Notes under the pieces: model-generated
The model's input: only the letters and a program-made list of their open reading frames with translations
Database searches by the model: none
What the model was told of the DNA's origin: nothing
Shown: positions 40,288 to 51,379 of the stretch, piece after piece
How positions within the stretch are numbered: the stretch's first letter is position 1
How the letters are laid out: every line of letters begins with the position of its first letter
Made by a program: the position numbers and the translations under genes
NCBI GenBank assembly: GCA_963800155.1
Contig: CAWDAB010000004.1
Location: 26,755-90,754, forward strand
Direction of reading: 5' to 3'
DNA: 64,000 nucleotides
Source: an uncultured Alphaproteobacteria bacterium
GTDB lineage: Bacteria; Pseudomonadota; Alphaproteobacteria; Rhizobiales; Xanthobacteraceae

Positions 40288-43200
40288 ATGGCGACCCCGC
40301 TCGTAGCGGTCGCCTGGGGCGGCGCTGACAATCCGCGCGGCGCCTGGTCGGCCGACGACGCGGCAAGCTGGACGACCGTAAACCTCCCGACCTTCGCCAA
40401 CGGCAGCGGCTCGAAGCTGGTCGGGCCTGGCCTATTCGCCCAAGCTCGGCATGTTCGTCGCCATCGCCAGCGGCGGCGACAATAACAACAACAACGTCGC
40501 GCGGTCGACCGACAACGGCCATAGCTGGACCGGCACCGCCGTCCCGAATACGAATTCGTGGACGATGAACGGCATCTGCTGGGCCGGCGTCCTCGGGCTG
40601 TTCGTCATCGTCACCTCGGCCGGGCCGACCACCAGCACGCGCGTCCTCACCTCGCCCGACGGCATCAATTGGACGGCGCGCTCGCTGCCCGACGACCGGC
40701 GTCGCGCTCAACTCGGTCTGCTGGTCGTCCGATCGCGGCCTTTTGGTCGCGGTCGGCGACAACAACGCGGTCTTTACGTCGCCCGACGCGATCAATTGGA
40801 CCAAGGCGAACGCGCCGGCCACGAGCAAGAACTGGCGCTTCATCGTCTGGGCCGGCGGCGCCATCCAGAAGTTCTGCATGATCGCTGGCAACGCCAGCGG
40901 CAATAACGACTACGCCTATTGCAGCGATCCGACCTCGGCGGCGTGGTCGCAAAAATCGCTGACCGGCTCGGCCTACGATTGGCAATCGATCGCCTATTCG
41001 CCCGGCCTCGACATGCTGATGGTGGTCGGCGGCAATACCGGCGTCATTGCCCGCTCCACCGATGGCGTCAATTACACGCAACTTGCCAGCGGCCTTGGCG
41101 GCACGCGCTTCGATCATGCCTGCTGGTCCGATGCCGGCAAGTGGCTCGTCATCGGCGCCAATACCCTCTACACCTCGGCGAACGGCGTCGCCTGGACGGC
41201 CGGCACGCCGCCATCGACGCTCAGCTGGCATCGCCTGGTGGCGGCGAATGCGCTGCCGCTTGCCGGCAATCTGCGGGCCGATTTTTCCGATGGCGCGGCG
41301 CTCGCGGTCAATTCGCGCGTGCCCATCCCGCCCGGCGCGCATTTCTGTTGGCGCGTCTATGTCGAGGCCAACAACGCCGATTCCTATACGTCGATCGGCG
41401 AGGTCTACATGCGCGCCTCGCCCGGCGGCGCCGATCTGTGCGTGGGCGGCACCGCGCTCGAAAGCGGCCATAGCGGCTCCGATGTCGCGGCGAACGCCTT
41501 CAATCGCAGCGAGGGAAATCGCTGGGCGACGGTCGGCTCGTCCGGCGTCTGGGTCGGCTATCGCTTCCCGCTCCGCCAGGCGCATCGTCGAATTCGCGCT
41601 CAAGGCCGATACCTCGTACCTGACGCAGGTCCCCAAGCGCTTCTGGCTCGAATGGTCGGACGATGGCGTCAACTGGCGCACCGCCATCGGCGCCATCAAC
41701 GAGACCGGCTGGACGCAACCTCCAGACGCGCACCTTCACCAAGCCGGCGCTGGTCGACGGCGCGGCCGAAACCTGGGCGGTGCGCTGCCTCGACAAGATG
41801 TCGAGCGGCGCCTTCGGCAGCGCCGACTACGTCGAAATCCAGGAGCTCGAATTCCGCGATAGTAACGGCGTCGATCTGACCGATGCCGGCGGCGGCACGG
41901 CGATCGAGTCCTCGCACAATTCGAGCTACGTGGCGGCCAACGCCTTCGACAATAATGCCGGCACGCGCTGGCAGGCCGGGGCGAACGGCAAGCAATATGT
42001 CGGCTATACGTTCCCGTCAGCGGTTGCGCCCGCCGTCCTTACCATGCGGGCGCAGAACACGTCCGAATACAATCTGGCGCCGCTGAATTTCGACGTTCTG
42101 ATTTCGCACGATGGCGAGGTGTTCGGCGCGGTCCTGGCCGTGCCGACGCTGCCGGCCTGGACGCAAAATCTCCAGCGCGCTTTCGATCTCGCCGGCGACG
42201 GCACGCCGCTCGGCCCCTCGATCGACGGCCAGGCCAACGCGAATTTCTCCGGTAGCGCGACCGGCAACGTCTCGCTGACGACCACGCAGCCGGACGATAT
42301 CATCGTCGCGATCGTCCATACCGAGACGACCGGCAGCAACGGCTATCGCCCGGTCGGCAGCGTCACCGATACCGCCGGCTTGTCGTGGCAGCGCCGGGCG
42401 CAATACCAGTGGGCCGGCGGTCGCAATAGCAACTCGAACACGCTGGAAATCTGGTGGGCGCATGCGCCCGCTGCGCTCACCGCCGATACGATCACCGCGC
42501 ATATCTCCGGCGGCAATGTCGACGACGCGACCATTCTGGCGTTCGGCGTTGCCGGCGCCGATATCGACGAGCCGTTCGACACGAACGCGGGCCTGCCGGC
42601 GACCGCGACCGGCGGCGCATCGACCGCCAGCACGCCGAGCCTTGCCGGCGTTTCGACCGATGCCGCCCGCGCGCTGATCCTCGCCGTCGCCGGCTCCCCG
42701 CGCACCGGCGGGACGAGCTCGTCGCCCGCCGATTTCACGACGCTTGCGAATTTCACCAATAGCGGCGGCAGCGATTGGTCATCGCAGCAGAGCGAATACA
42801 AGCTCGCGACCGGCCCGCTCATCGATGCGACCGTCGCTTTCGGCACGTCCTTCACGATCCTGAATTGGGGCTTGATCGTCGATGCGATCAAGGCCCCGGC
42901 CGCGGGCATCCCGCCGCTCGAATTGACGGCGGCGCTCGCCGAGGACGCGGCTTTCGGCGCGGCGATCACCATCATCCCGCCGCCGCTGGAATTGGCCGCC
43001 GCGTTCGCCGACGAGGCGACGCTGGCGCCGACGATCGGCATCTGGCCGCCGCTTCATCTCGCCGCCGCTTTCGGCGAGGACGCGGCATTCGCGGCGGCGA
43101 TCACGGTTCTGCCGGCGCCGCTCCATCTGGCCGCCGATCTCGCCGACGGCGCGGCGCTTGCCGCCTATCTGACCGTCGGCGCCGCGGCCTTGCGGCTCGC

Positions 43201-43366
43201 GGCCGATTTCGCCGACGACGCGGTGCTGACCGCGCGCGCGACGCTGTTCGCCGCGATCGCGCTCGCGGCCGCATTCACCGACGACGCCGAGCTTGCGGCG
43301 CCGGTGACCATCGGATTTCAGCCCCACGCGCCTCCGATCCAGGTCGTCGTGGTGCTGAGTTGGTAA
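40288..43366 (+). CDS. Putative receptor-binding/tail fibre protein (BNR/Asp-box propeller, two discoidin-like domains, C-terminal repeats); frameshifted
   Basis: Repeated S.DG..W motifs; two ANAF......RW...GY.FP domains; six 22-23-aa Ala-rich repeats. Confidence 0.65.
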
Positions 43367-43381
43367 CCAAAGGAGAAAACC

Positions 43382-43795
43382 ATGGCATCTGACATGAGCG
43401 TCTATCTCGGCAACAAGGTCTGCCGCTGGCTTGCCGGCAATGCGATGCCGGCGGCGCCCGCCGCCTGCTATGTCGGCCTGTTCAACGGCAACCCGAAAAC
43501 CTCGGGCGCCGAGGTCACCGACACCATCAATGCCGCCGGCCGCGTCGCGATCACCTTCGACGCCATCGCCGACGATGGCGTCGACAACGAGATCACGAAT
43601 TCGGCCGATGTCGATTTCGGCGAGGCGGCCGGCGATGTCGCCAACCTCGACTATGTCGGCATCTTCGACGCGGCCTCGGGCGGCAACCTGCTGTTCAGCA
43701 AGGCCCTGCCGGGCGGGCCCTTTGCGGTCGCTACCGGCACGCCCATCAAGTTCCTGACCGGCGACCTGACCTTCACCATCGGCGCCGCGAGCTAA
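43382..43795 (+). CDS. Small tail fibre-associated protein
   Basis: RBS AAGGAG; YVGLF.GNP and YVGIFDAASGGNLLF motifs. Confidence 0.6.
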   Translation: MASDMSVYLGNKVCRWLAGNAMPAAPAACYVGLFNGNPKTSGAEVTDTINAAGRVAITFDAIADDGVDNEITNSADVDFGEAAGDVANLDYVGIFDAASGGNLLFSKALPGGPFAVATGTPIKFLTGDLTFTIGAAS

Positions 43796-43987
43796 AGCGA
43801 GCGCGGATCAACCCGCGCCCTTCCCTTAAATCCCAAAACTGACGGCTTGGCTGTCGGCGCGCGCGGCGCGCCGCACATGCACATGCGCGTCTTCAAGGCG
43901 AGCCGACCTCGGAATGACGGCGCGCAGGTCGGCGCGCCGCCGCCCAATTCGGCATCGGCCGACATCCCCCACCACAGCGAGGACTTG

Positions 43988-44809
43988 ATGCACTGGACCT
44001 ATGAGCCAGCGATGGAGCAAGGCGTGTTTCCGCACGAAGGCGGATACACCAACGACCCGCGCGATCCTGGCGGCCCGACCAATTGGGGCATCACCATCTT
44101 CGACGCGCGCAAGTACTGGAAATCGAACGCGACCGCCGCCGATGTGAAGGCGATGCCCAAGTCGGTCGCCGAGGCGATCTACTGGCCGCACTACGCGGTT
44201 CCGCTTTGCTACGACGATCTCCCCGCCGGCCCCGATTACGCGGCGCTCGATTACGGCATCAATTCCGGCGTCAGCCGCGCCGCCAAGGTCATGCAGCGCC
44301 TGGTCGGCATGAACAATGTCGACGGCGTCATTGGCCCGGCAACGCTTGCCGCCATCGGCCGGCGCGACCCGGAGGCGCTCGTCAACGCGATCTGCGACGA
44401 GCGCATGGCGTTCCTGCGCTCGCTCAAGACGTTCTCGGCGTTCGGCAAGGGCTGGACGCGGCGCGTGACCGAGGTCCGCGCGCTGGCGCTGCATTTTGCC
44501 GATCAGGCAAAGCACATGGCGCCGCAGGTCACGCCGACGCAAACCGACGAGACGATGGCGAAGGGCGTCATCCCGCCGCCCACGGCGGCAAAGAAGGTCA
44601 TCCAGGTCGGCGGTGGCGGCGCGGCGGTCGGCACGGCCGGCGGCTTCCACGAATGGGTCGTCGCGCATCCGGTCGAAACCGGCGCGCTGGCGCTCGGCAT
44701 CGTCGTCATGATCGGCGGCACCATCTACGCGATCAATCGAAACTACCAGGCGCGGCAGGATGCGCCGACGCCGGGCATCGCGGTGGTGCCCGAAAAAGCT
44801 GCCGCCTGA
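43988..44809 (+). CDS. Endolysin, glycoside hydrolase family 108 with peptidoglycan-binding domain and hydrophobic tail
   Basis: HEGGY..DP.DPGGPTNWGIT, DG.IGP.TL and FGKGW.RRV motifs. Confidence 0.9.
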   Translation: MHWTYEPAMEQGVFPHEGGYTNDPRDPGGPTNWGITIFDARKYWKSNATAADVKAMPKSVAEAIYWPHYAVPLCYDDLPAGPDYAALDYGINSGVSRAAKVMQRLVGMNNVDGVIGPATLAAIGRRDPEALVNAICDERMAFLRSLKTFSAFGKGWTRRVTEVRALALHFADQAKHMAPQVTPTQTDETMAKGVIPPPTAAKKVIQVGGGGAAVGTAGGFHEWVVAHPVETGALALGIVVMIGGTIYAINRNYQARQDAPTPGIAVVPEKAAA

Positions 44810-44839
44810 AACTCTTTCACGCAAAAACGGAGCTAACTC

Positions 44840-45213
44840 ATGAACCTCCTTCTGTGGTGCGCGCTGGTCGTGTTCCTGGCGTGGGCCTACATCTTCTTTG
44901 GCCGCCCGCTGCTGATGAATCGCTTCCCGACGCTGTGGGGCTACATCGATCCGGTCGAGGATTGGCTGGTCGACCGCTCGCGCACCCTCATCGTCGCGCG
45001 GCTGTATTGGATCGGCGGCATCGTCATCGCCATTCACGACACGCTGGCGTCCTACGGCATGGATTGGACGCCGCTCGTCAACGAGGTCACCAACCTGATC
45101 CCCGGCAACTATCGGCCGCTGGCGCTGGCCGGCTTCCTCGCGGCTTACCGGCGTTGCATTCGAATGGCTGCGGCGCGTCACCACGCGAAAGCTTGGCCGA
45201 CAAGAAGGGCTGA
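44840..45213 (+). CDS. Holin-like membrane protein
   Basis: Multiple TM segments, directly after the lysin; 3' end probably frameshifted. Confidence 0.5.
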
Positions 45214-45216
45214 CCG

Positions 45217-45724
45217 ATGTTTGAATGGCTCGCGTCGGCCGCGGCATCGACGGTGTTCAAGCTGTTCGGCGACACCGTCGTCCAGCCGTTCCTGAACGCC
45301 TATCTCAAGTCGAAGGACGTTGACCTGGAAAAGTTCAAGAGCGCCAATGTCTCGACCGAGCACCTCGCGGTCGCGGTGCTGGACGCCAATGTCCGGTTCG
45401 CGCAGGTCAAGTCGCAATATGCGCTTGCCGTGCTGCAATGGTGGCCGTTCCGGCTGATCCTGTTCGGGTCATCTGGCGTTCTGCGCAACGCGGTTCTGCC
45501 TGATCGTGTTCGACTCGACGTGGTGGTGGCTGTTTGGCTGCACCATCGGCGGCCGGCATGTGGTCGGCGATGCCTGTTCCTGGTCGATCCCGCCGATCCG
45601 GGGCGCCTATGGCGATGCCGAGATGCAATTCCTGTTGTTCTTTGTGATCGCCAAGCCGGTCGATACCGCGATCTCCGGTGCGCTCGGCTTGGTGAGCCGC
45701 TACCTGGAAAAGGGCGGCCGATGA
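45217..45724 (+). CDS. Lysis-region membrane protein; frameshifted
   Basis: Joined from ORFs 45217 and 45506; hydrophobic C-terminus. Confidence 0.45.
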
Positions 45725-46110
45725 CGCGGGAATCGGTCGTGTCATGGTGGCGAGCGAACAGCGCGCTCGCCGCCTTCCTCGCCGCCCAATTGGTAGGCGC
45801 GATCGTGTGGGGCGCGACCTTGCAGAGCCGCGTCGGCGTGATCGAAGCCCGCGGCTCGCCGCAGCTCGAGGCCTTGAACATTCGCATCAATACGCTGGAA
45901 CAGCAGAACCTTGCACAAGAGCGCCAGCTCGCGCGGCTCGCTGCGATCGATCTTTTTCTCGCCCAGATGGACACCCGGCTGGCCCGGTTCGAGGAACGAC
46001 AGAACAACGTGCTCAAGACGCTGGACGACAACGCCAAGCGGCTGGACGCCATCAACGAAGCGCTGCAACGCCATATGCAGCAATGGGTGAGCAAACCGAA
46101 GGACAAATGA
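45721..46110 (+). CDS. TM-anchored coiled-coil protein of the lysis region
   Basis: ATGA overlap; N-terminal TM followed by heptad repeats. Confidence 0.5.
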   Translation: MTRESVVSWWRANSALAAFLAAQLVGAIVWGATLQSRVGVIEARGSPQLEALNIRINTLEQQNLAQERQLARLAAIDLFLAQMDTRLARFEERQNNVLKTLDDNAKRLDAINEALQRHMQQWVSKPKDK

Positions 46111-46250
46111 GGTTCGCCGCGCGGGCCGCGGCATTTTGGCGGCGGCTCTGAGTGCCCGGGCCCAGGTCATAAAGAAACGCGCCAAGCGGTGCGATCCCAG
46201 CAGCCATGTAAAACACGGTGGGAGTTATGTGATCAGGCTCGCTTGAAGGA

Positions 46251-48834
46251 TCATAACTGGAGTTGCTTGCGCCATATAGGCTTGAGGATCTCAAGGAGAA
46301 CAAGCAATGCCGCGCCTGCGCTCAACGTGACCGCCAGGTCATCGGTGTGTAGCTGCCCGAAGCGAAACAGGACCGCGGCAGTCGGCCAAAGCACCGTTAA
46401 GCCAAGGATGGCGGCGATCGCCAGCAATATCCAGGCAAGAGCCGGATTTGGCCGACGGAGGGCAGTCACGAGGGAGGTGCTGAATGATCGATTGACGAGG
46501 ATCAGGCTGACAATCGAGAGCACAAGCGAAAAGAAGGCAAGCGCCCGAGCCTCGTCCGGCGGCATGCCGCGATCGAGCGCCGCAATGAATATGGCTGCCA
46601 CCAGTGTGAAGGCCAAGGTTCCCTGTAAGACGCTCCAGCCGATCAGTGACCACGAAAACAGCGGCACGGTTGTGCCGCGGGGCGGGCGCCGCATCAGATC
46701 ATCTTCATCGGTCTCGGCCTCAAATGCGAGTGAACAAACTGGATCGATGACCATTTCGAGGAAGGCAATATGAATTGGGCCGAAAATGATCGGCAATCCG
46801 AAAATCAACGGCAACAGAGCAAGCCCGGCAATCGGGACATGCACCGCAAAAATGAACCCCATGGCCTTTCGAATGTTGTCATAGATGCGTCGACCGAGCC
46901 GGATTGCAATTACGATTGAGCCGAAGTCGTCGTCCAGCAGCACGATCGAGGAAGCCTCGCGTGCGACGTCCGTTCCGCGTCCGCCCATCGCGATGCCGAT
47001 GTGAGCCGCCTTCAGCGACGGCGCGTCGTTGACGCCATCGCCCGTCATCGCAACGATCTCGCCATCACTTTTGAACGCCTGTACGATACGCAGCTTCTGC
47101 TCCGGCATAATGCGCGCGAAGACGCTCGCGCTTTTCGCCCGTTGCGCCAACTCACCATCATCGAGTTTCTCAAGCTCATCCCCGGTCAGTACATCGGAGG
47201 CGTCGATTCCGGCTTGTCGAGCGATAGCGCGTGCGGTTGCTGGATAGTCACCCGTTATCATTACAACGCGGATACCTGCTGAGCGACACTCCCGCACTGC
47301 TGAGGGAACGCGGCCTCGCAGCGGATCGGCCAGCCCAACAAGACCAAGAAACTGAAACTCGAAAGCGCGAGGAGAGTCTGGGAAAATCTCACTCCGTCCG
47401 ATGCATCGGCTTTGGCGATGCCCAGAACCCGCAATCCTTCATGGGCCATGGTATCGACTGATCCTCGAACAGCACTCAACTGCGCCGCGTTCAGGTGGGA
47501 AAGCACAGCGATAGCCTCCGGGGCGCCTTTGGCAGCCACGATGAATTCATTTGTGTTTGGATCCGTCTGCCAAACTTGGGTGACCGCCAGCAATTCTGGT
47601 CGGAGGCCGTAGGCACGAGCGATCTTCCAGCCCTGCCCGGGCAGATCATTTCCGGACGCGAGTGTGAGACGTGCAAGTTCATGAAAGGCCTTCTCCATCG
47701 GGTCAAAGGGCTCGGGCGCACTGGCGAGTACCCGTACAGAGCCAAGTCCCTGAAAGTGGGTAGGGATGCCCGTGTTCTCCAAGCATCGAACCGAAGCAGA
47801 TCTTCGTCCAAACGCCGTAGCTGGACAACGGACATTCGATTTTCGGTTAGTGTGCCTGTCTTGTCGGTGCACAGAACAGTCGCAGACCCGAGGGTTTCAA
47901 TTGAGGCCGCACGGCGCGTGAGCACACGTGCACGCGCGATACGCCACGCCCCCATCGCCATGAAGACGGTGAGCACGACCGGAAATTCCTCCGGCAACAT
48001 GGACATGCCGATCGCAATGCCTGCAAGCACCGCATCGAGCCAGCCGCCGCGCAGCGTGCCGTAGAGGATGACCGCTACAATACTGACAATCGCGCCACCG
48101 AGGGCAGCAAATCTCACCAAGCGCGCTGTTTGGAGCTGAAGGCGCGGCGGTTCGCTTTCCAGTTCGTGCAAGGACTGCCCAATCTTACCGATTTCGCTTC
48201 GCGGGCCTGTGGCAACGACGCGAGCAATGCCAGTGCCACGCACGATCAATGATCCGGCATAAAGAAACGGCAAATCGTCACCGCCGGGACGAGGACGTTC
48301 GGGCGGAATTGTAGTGACAGGGTGCTTTCGGACCGGCACAGATTCGCCGGTCAGGAGCGATTCGTCGGCCAGCACATCATGGCCTTCGATAGAGGACGGC
48401 GTCGGCAGGAACGCGGTCACCCTCGGCAACGACCACATGATCGTCGCGGACAACCTCCCGACCGGCAATCCGCGTGCGCTGCCCATCACGGATGACCAAT
48501 GCGCGCGGGCTCGTCAGGTCACGCAAAGCTTCCAGCACGCGCTCTGTGCGGGTCTCCTGGATAACGGTAATTACCGTAGACATGGCCGCAAAGACGAGAA
48601 GGATCAGTGCCTCCGTTACGTCTCCGAGCAGGAGATAGACGAAGCCGCCGCCCAGCAAGAGCGCAAGCATCGGCTCGCGCAGAACGTCCAGGACAATCCG
48701 AAAAGCCGTTCGTCGCTCCGGGCGGGGTAATTCGTTGTAGCCCTCGACTTCAGCCGTTGTTGCGCTTCGAACTCAGTGAGACCGCGCCCGGGCGGAACTG
48801 GACTGTCATCGCTATGCGTCACGGCTTCCTCCAT
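46251..48834 (-). CDS. Cation-translocating P-type ATPase (P2-like); frameshifted (cargo 3)
   Basis: TGES, PEEFP, DKTGTLT, KGAPE, MITGD and GDGVNDAP motifs across ORFs 48616, 48377, 47491, 47261 and 46251. Confidence 0.88.
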
Positions 48835-48858
48835 TGCGTCCGGGTGCCGGGGAAGGAT

Positions 48859-48879
48859 ATATAGGGGGGTATCCTATAT
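48859..48879. promoter_or_regulatory. CsoR/RcnR-type operator
   Basis: ATATAGG-GGGGTAT-CCTATAT: AT-rich inverted repeat around a G6 tract. Confidence 0.7.
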
Positions 48880-48901
48880 GGGGCAAACTCCCGAGCACAC
48901 C

Positions 48902-49174
48902 ATGAGCCACACAATTCGCGAAAAGAACAAGCTGCTGCAACGCGTTCGCCGCATCCGGGGCCAAGTCGAGGCGATCGAGCGAGCGCTCGACCAGGAAATT
49001 GGTTGTGCCGATGTGCTGCAGCTCATTGCATCGGTCCGGGGCGCAATCAACGGACTAATGGGCGAGATGATGGAGGACCATATCCGGGAGCACATCCTTG
49101 CCGCCGCGAACGACACCCAGCGCCGGCACGGTTCCGAGGAACTGATCGATGTGGTGCGTTCCTACTTGAAGTAA
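48902..49174 (+). CDS. CsoR/RcnR/FrmR-family metal-sensing repressor
   Basis: MSH start, RVRRIRGQVEAI, C..VL..IA..RGA.NGL and H..EH motifs. Confidence 0.88.
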   Translation: MSHTIREKNKLLQRVRRIRGQVEAIERALDQEIGCADVLQLIASVRGAINGLMGEMMEDHIREHILAAANDTQRRHGSEELIDVVRSYLK

Positions 49175-49189
49175 AAAGGATAAGTTCCA

Positions 49190-51234
49190 ATGGCTTTGCA
49201 GGACAGCAGGCATCCGTCCCTCGACAAGCAGACGGAGGACCGCACTACGCACCAGGCGTCTTCGTGCGGACCGGCTCAAGGGGAGCGTCATGCGCGTGAC
49301 CACAAGCACGACCACGCTCATCATCACGAACATGAGCATGATCACGATCATGATGCAAGAGCATGGGCACGACCATCCATTCGAATGGCCCGAAGCTGTC
49401 CGAATTGGAATTGTCGCCATTGCGGCTGCAGCCGTGTGGTTCCGTATATGGGAGCCTTATCCGAGCATCAGCGTGATCGGAGTCCTGGGGTTGGCGATCG
49501 GCGGCTGGCCGATCCTCAAGGAGGCCTTCGAGAATATCGTCGAACGCCGTATGACAATGGAGCTGTCGATGACGATCGCGATCGTCGCGGCAGCCGCAAT
49601 CGGCGAGTTCTTCACGGCGCTGGTTATCACTTTATTTGTGCTGGTGGCCGAAGTCCTGGAGGGCATGACGGTCGGTCGCGGCCGCAAGGCTATCCGCGAT
49701 CTTTTGGAATTCCTGCCGCGCGAGGTTTCGGTGCGCCGCGCGGGATCGATCCAATCGGTCGCGGCCGAAACATTGACAATTGGCGATGCCGTCCTGGTCG
49801 CGCCGGGTGGTCGAATCCCGGTGGACGGCACCGTGCTTACCGGTCATTCCTTTGTCGATGAGTCCCGCATTACTGGCGAATCCATGCCGACCGAGAAGGC
49901 GGCCGGTGCCCATGTGTTCGCCGGCTCGATCAACCAATCAGGCGCGCTCGAAATCGGCGCCGAGCGCATCGGCCGCGACACGAGCTACGGCAAGATCATC
50001 GAGGCTGTGGAGCGGGCCGAAAAATCGCGTGCGCCAGTGCAGCGGCTTGCTGATCGCATGGCGGGATATCTCGTCTATTTCGCGCTTGGCGCGGCGGCGC
50101 TTACTTTCCTGATCACGCGCGACATGCGATCGACAATCTCGGTTGTCATTGTCGCCGGCGCGTGCGGCATCGCGGCCGGCACGCCGCTGGCAATTCTTGG
50201 CGCGATCGGCCGCGCGGCTCGGCTCGGGCGCGATCGTCAAAGGCGGCGTCCACCTGGAAACACTGGGGCGCGTCGATACCGTGGTGCTCGACAAGACCGG
50301 AACGCTCACCCTCGGCAGACCCGATGTGCAGAAAATCTTGCCGGCCGCAGGCGTATCAGAGGAAACCGTGCTGGCTATTGCAGCGGCAGCTGAAATTCGC
50401 TCCGAACACCCGCTGGGCAAGGCGATCGTTGCGTATGCGCGCCGGCAAAGGTGCGACGTCGCTGAGCCGAGCAACTTTGCCTACACGCCGGGGCGCGGAA
50501 TCCGCGCAAATATCGGCGGACACGAAGTTCTCGTCGGAAACCAACTTTGGCTGGACGACAATGGCAATTGAGGTACGCAGGCCGATGAACGAGCAGGAGA
50601 GCCGAAGCAGGGGCAGAGGTATTCGTGGCACAGGATGGAAACCTCCTCGGCTCGATCATCGTGGCGGATACCATTCGCCCCGAAGCTCAACGCGCCATCG
50701 CGGCGCTGCACGGCATGGGTATCAGAACGGTGCTGCTCACCGGGGATACCCGTCGGGTGGCGGCTGCGGTCGGCGGCAAGCTCGGAATCGAAGAGATCGA
50801 GGCCGAGCTGCTCCCCGAGCAAAAGCTGCAAAGAGTGCGCGACCTTGTGGCGACAGAAGCGCGTTGTCGCAATGGTCGGCGACGGCATCAATGATGCGCC
50901 GGCACTTGCCGAAGCCGATGTCGGCATTGCGATGGGTTCTGGAACCGATGTGGCGCAGGAAAGTGCGAATGTCGTCCTGCTCGGCAACGATCTGGCCCGC
51001 TTCGCCGAGACGCTCGCTGTCGCCAAGCGCACGCGCGGCATCATCTGGCAGAATTTTGCCGGCACGTTGATCGTCGACACGATAGGCATGGGCCTGGCGG
51101 CCGTCGGCGTGGTGGGCCCACTGCTCGCCGCGTTCATTCACGTGAGTTCGGAGCTTGTTTTCATTCTGAACTCGGCGCGCCTGCTGCCAGACAGGAACTG
51201 GAAACAGCGTGGCAGGACAGTAGCAGATCGTTGA
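49190..51234 (+). CDS. Heavy-metal P1B-type ATPase with a His-rich N-terminus; frameshifted
   Basis: HDHAHHHEHEHDHDH, TGES, ACGIAAGTP, DKTGT, SEHP and GDGINDAPAL motifs. Confidence 0.88.
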
Positions 51235-51379
51235 ATTTACTGGTGGACTAGATTTGCGACCTTTCGCAATTGCGCCCACTAGGCAGGCAGATCGGGGGGC
51301 GCCCATGCCGGTTTCGGGGGCACCACCCGCATTATCACAAGTTGGTGAACGCAATCTGACGACCCACGATGGTTGAGGT

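Larger units (their letters stand above)
12610..46150 (+). mobile_element. Defective lambda-like prophage (late region only) carrying cargo insertions
   Basis: Canonical packaging-head-tail-lysis gene order; no integrase, repressor or replication gene found in the window. Confidence 0.85.
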
